DNA of 64,000 nt. Source: Trichoplax adhaerens. Its lineage: Eukaryota; Animalia; Placozoa. Position 1 is the stretch's first letter, and the number at the start of each line of letters is the position of its first letter. Below the pieces are notes generated by a model. The model saw only the letters and a program-made list of their open reading frames with translations. It was not told the origin of the DNA and searched no databases. Both the position numbers and the translations under genes were made by a program. Below are positions 60,596 to 64,000 of this stretch, one piece after another. The stretch lies in assembly GCF_000150275.1 (NCBI RefSeq), contig NW_002060945.1:5319397-5383396 (forward strand), given 5' to 3'.

Positions 60596-63528
60596 TCAAC
60601 CAAATGCATTCCAAATAGTTTCTTTGACTTCTTGAAATTCTACAAAATTAGTCCAATTTCGTATCGTACAAATAGGGGGAATACTCATTTTGAGAAATTG
60701 TCGAATACGTCGCCCTCCACATTTACCGGTGTATATCACTACTTCTATAAAACCACCAGTACCCTAACATTTACAATATCGTTACCAAATTTTTAGTATT
60801 TGTGTTATATCAGCATTGAATGGACAAACATAATCACAACACATGTGTACACGAGTCCACAATGCCATGCAATAGAAGTAATCCATCTATATATGCTATG
60901 TTCAAGGAAGATTAAAAATCTTTTAATTATTAATGTCTACTGACTTACTCGAATCTTTCTTAAATTTAGAAATCCGGTCGCGTTAATAACTAGATTAGGT
61001 ACAAATCCCTATATAGCATTATAATTAATTTTTCAGTATAGCAGAATCGTTATTAAGATTAACCTATTAAATCGATTAAGTGTAGGTATCAAATTTTTTC
61101 ACTGATACCTGTTGTTTATCAATTATGCAGGACTTAACTCTCTCTAGTTTTACGATAGTTTCATCACTCTGAATAAATAATTAATATTTGAAACACAAGC
61201 GTATATTAAACAATTGCATTCATAAATTAGTTCAATAAATTTACATTAAGAGACTGTAGTTTCTACCTCGATGTTGGTATGAAATCCAACTACGTGTACA
61301 TCACAGTAATCGACGTTTTCGAGATATTTTACCCTAAGTGTCAACAACGCGTCATAAAATTCATCATATGCGAGGGCAGCTTCAATTTCCAACTTTGGAT
61401 CTCTGATTGAAATCCTTGGTTCGATTTGATATCCTTAAAAATTACGCAGCGGTGGCATTAGAAATTATATAATTTCATAAGGTAGAAGTATAAGTAGATA
61501 TAGTTCATGTTTAGATGTACACGTTTTTATTTTCATAACGAAATCAGTCATACCATGTAACTGGTCCCAGAATATATCAGAAGGAGTTTTTTCTGCCGTT
61601 TGTACAACATCATCACACAAGCTCAATTCAATGTCTGTCATATTAGAGACATGATAAGGCTCTTGAGATTCATAGTCATTTATTACGTCTGAAATTAACA
61701 GAAGCCGTTTTAGTACAATGAACTTTATAATTACAATAATTTTACGGAGTTGTTTTAAATCACCTTCCTTTGTTTTCTCAAAAATCTCATCGATAGTCAT
61801 GTCCATTTGCGTTAAGTAATTCTTTAAGTGCTTAACGTAGAGTCCGTTGGTATCAAATCCCCTTTCATAAGCCTTAAAACCTCTAATGGTTCAATGTCAT
61901 TGAATAGCTAGTTAGTCAGGAAACTAAATATCGCATACTTAATATAATGTAAAATTATTTATTGTATCTTACGAGGAGTAGGCTAAGAAAATATTTTGTC
62001 CAATATCCGGTAATCTTTCTTCATAGTGACCGACATCTGACTCGTGATCCCGAACTCTACTGTAGATAGTAGTGAAATTTGAACCAAATCGAGAGTTACG
62101 ATAAATAAAAACAATAGCTATCAAAAAATTAATTGCATTATTCATAAAATTACCTGGAACCACAAGTATCGCAAAGAAACACAATCCATTTAGGATCATT
62201 TTTGGCAATCAGATGAATTATATCTGGAATAGCTAGGTGTTGGCGAGAATCTAGTATTTCTGGCTTGGCATCAATTGGCGTAAAATATCGCTTCTCATTA
62301 ATGTTCAATCCATGTCCAACCAGGTAGACAAAAACATAAGAGTCTTTCCTTATTAATCTATTCATCATAGCTAAAGCTGCTTCTGCTTCTTCCAGAGTAA
62401 CGTCAACCAATGTCATCACTTTAAAATCCAACTCAGTCAGTTGTTTGCTCATTACAAGAGCATCATGAAGGCAGTGATTTAATTTTTGCGGATTATACAA
62501 GTAATTTTGATTGCACAGAATCAATGCATACTTCGCAGTAGCTAAAAGTCATACAAGTATTGCAGAAATAATAAAAAAAATTGCAAGATCATCTTACGTC
62601 AAAAGTATGATTAAAACAGTAGTATAAAGAATAGAATATATCCTAACCCATATGCAATGATGGATTATAATATCCATACTCGTCTTCAGCAACTATAATA
62701 AGAAATTATATTCACAGTTTAATAAACATCTCAATTGGTATACAAAGCAAACAGTAATTTTACAGAGGGACTACGGTTATAAGCTGGGAAAGTACATTAC
62801 TGGCAGTTCAGAACTGAGAAATACAATGGATATGGGTAGTATTCAATTTGATACTTTTACTTTAGCACACTTATAGCTTTGTGAAGGGTCGTGTAAAAAT
62901 TAACAAATTTTATTTAACATAGACCAATATAATTTATTTAATGGTGGATATTTAGCATGACAAAATTATTAATCAGTTATGATAATTGTTAGTATCAATG
63001 TCATTAAATTTTAAGTTTAATGTAGATCAGCATATTTAATATACCTTTTCGAGGTATGTCAGCAAATTGAGGTAATTTTTGATGGTAATGTCTGCCGGAC
63101 TCTGCGGGATGTGGGATAGCCTCTGGAAATCCCACATCTAAGGAATCGGAAGGAGTAGCAGTATTGTTAAAAGGAATAGTTGTATAAAAATATCGATAAA
63201 TGTCGAATGAGTCGTTAATTTAGGTGTACGTAGAGTTAAATTACAGATAGCATTATTAATAATTGCTGAGTCTGTAACTATGTCTTACTGTTTATAAAGA
63301 GATAATACTCAGAATTTTATGCTATAAGAATAATGCATGGTTTCATATGCTTACTTTCCTCCGAATTTGAACTTGCTAAGCTATCGTAATCGTAGTGGTC
63401 ATCTTTGAATGAAGAAAGAATAATAGTTACTTTGATATCTAATCTTTTCATGAGCCATATGTACATATTGCACTATGATCTGCTTAAAATACCGTACTAC
63501 ACTCTTGTATTTCTACGCTTGCATTCAT
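60596..63528 (-). CDS. MALT1-family paracaspase (C14B caspase-like domain + C-terminal Ig3-like domain). Exons 63528-63498 (tentative start), 63402-63355, 63137-63045, 62692-62648, 62541-62154, ~62059-61973, 61882-61764, 61688-61554, 61433-61267, 61168-61109, 61008-60949, 60763-60596
   Basis: KYALILCNQNY..LNHCLHDA..LTELDFKVMTLVDVT..VFVYLVGHG..YFTPIDA..IVFLCDTC..NIFLAYS..AYE..NGLYVKHLK parallels recalled MALT1 KVALLIGNMNY..PLVDV..LDFKVVSLLDLT..LLYYAGHG..MVPVDA..VFLLDMC..NIVFGYA..AFE..NGIFMKFLK. The His-Cys dyad is intact. Confidence 0.88.
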
Positions 63529-64000
63529 GACATTATAAAATTGATGATGATTGAGATGTGTTAGCAGAAAGCGTCAAAATGTATATCATGAATTTTATCA
63601 CTTCCAATGAGCCCTTAAAATTATAGCATGCTTGCTTTTAGTTCCTAGATTAAACCCTTGCGCCATACTGATGTGAATTGAGCAATAATAAGGTATCGTA
63701 TGATGAAAGTATTTTTCGTGAATACAACTCTAGTAGACAGTCTAGAAGTAACTGGAAATACTATACATGCGGAAGTAATACTAGGGCTGCAAAACTGTTT
63801 ATTTACTATGTGTAGTAACAGAAAAGTAAAGGTAGAATGTTAATTCCTTAAGCTATTGCAGCTGATTAATTTTTACTTAATTGATAGGCGATGTATTTTA
63901 TTACGTGTACACATTCCTGGAAGAGTAACAATAAGGTATATATTGAATTACTAGGAGTGTATTAACACCATTGGATAAAAATACTAAGATTTACTGCAAT

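Overview
AT-rich (roughly 30% GC by eye), intron-dense, compact animal genomic DNA. Gene content, short GT-AG introns and composition suggest a placozoan (Trichoplax/Hoilungia-like); the taxon is an inference. Nine spliced protein-coding genes can be assembled by hand: IPO11 (-, runs off the left end), SFR1/MEI5 (+), IDH3A (-), a PC1/3 (PCSK1)-type prohormone convertase (+), TTLL6/13 tubulin polyglutamylase (+), LRRC49 (-), NSA2 (-), gluconokinase IDNK (+) and a MALT1-family paracaspase (-). There are no prokaryotic features, CRISPR, tRNA or rRNA. Best leads: (1) an Sfr1 carrying what looks like a Hop2/Mnd1-type N-terminal winged helix; (2) a paracaspase with caspase+Ig3 but apparently no DD/Ig1/Ig2, and a DTCG catalytic motif; (3) a decayed FN3-repeat/TM receptor nested antisense in IPO11 intron 1; (4) a 210-bp intronic tandem repeat in NSA2 whose copies diverge in a codon-like way over a ~34-aa antisense ORF; (5) an identical 12-bp NRF1-like element at equivalent positions upstream of SFR1 and IDH3A; (6) two tubulin-polyglutamylation genes side by side with X-box-like motifs; (7) a 72-bp minisatellite and many local tandem duplications, including a dead copy of an IDH3A exon. 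All homology calls rest on recalled human or family sequences, not on searches, and exon boundaries were read by hand.
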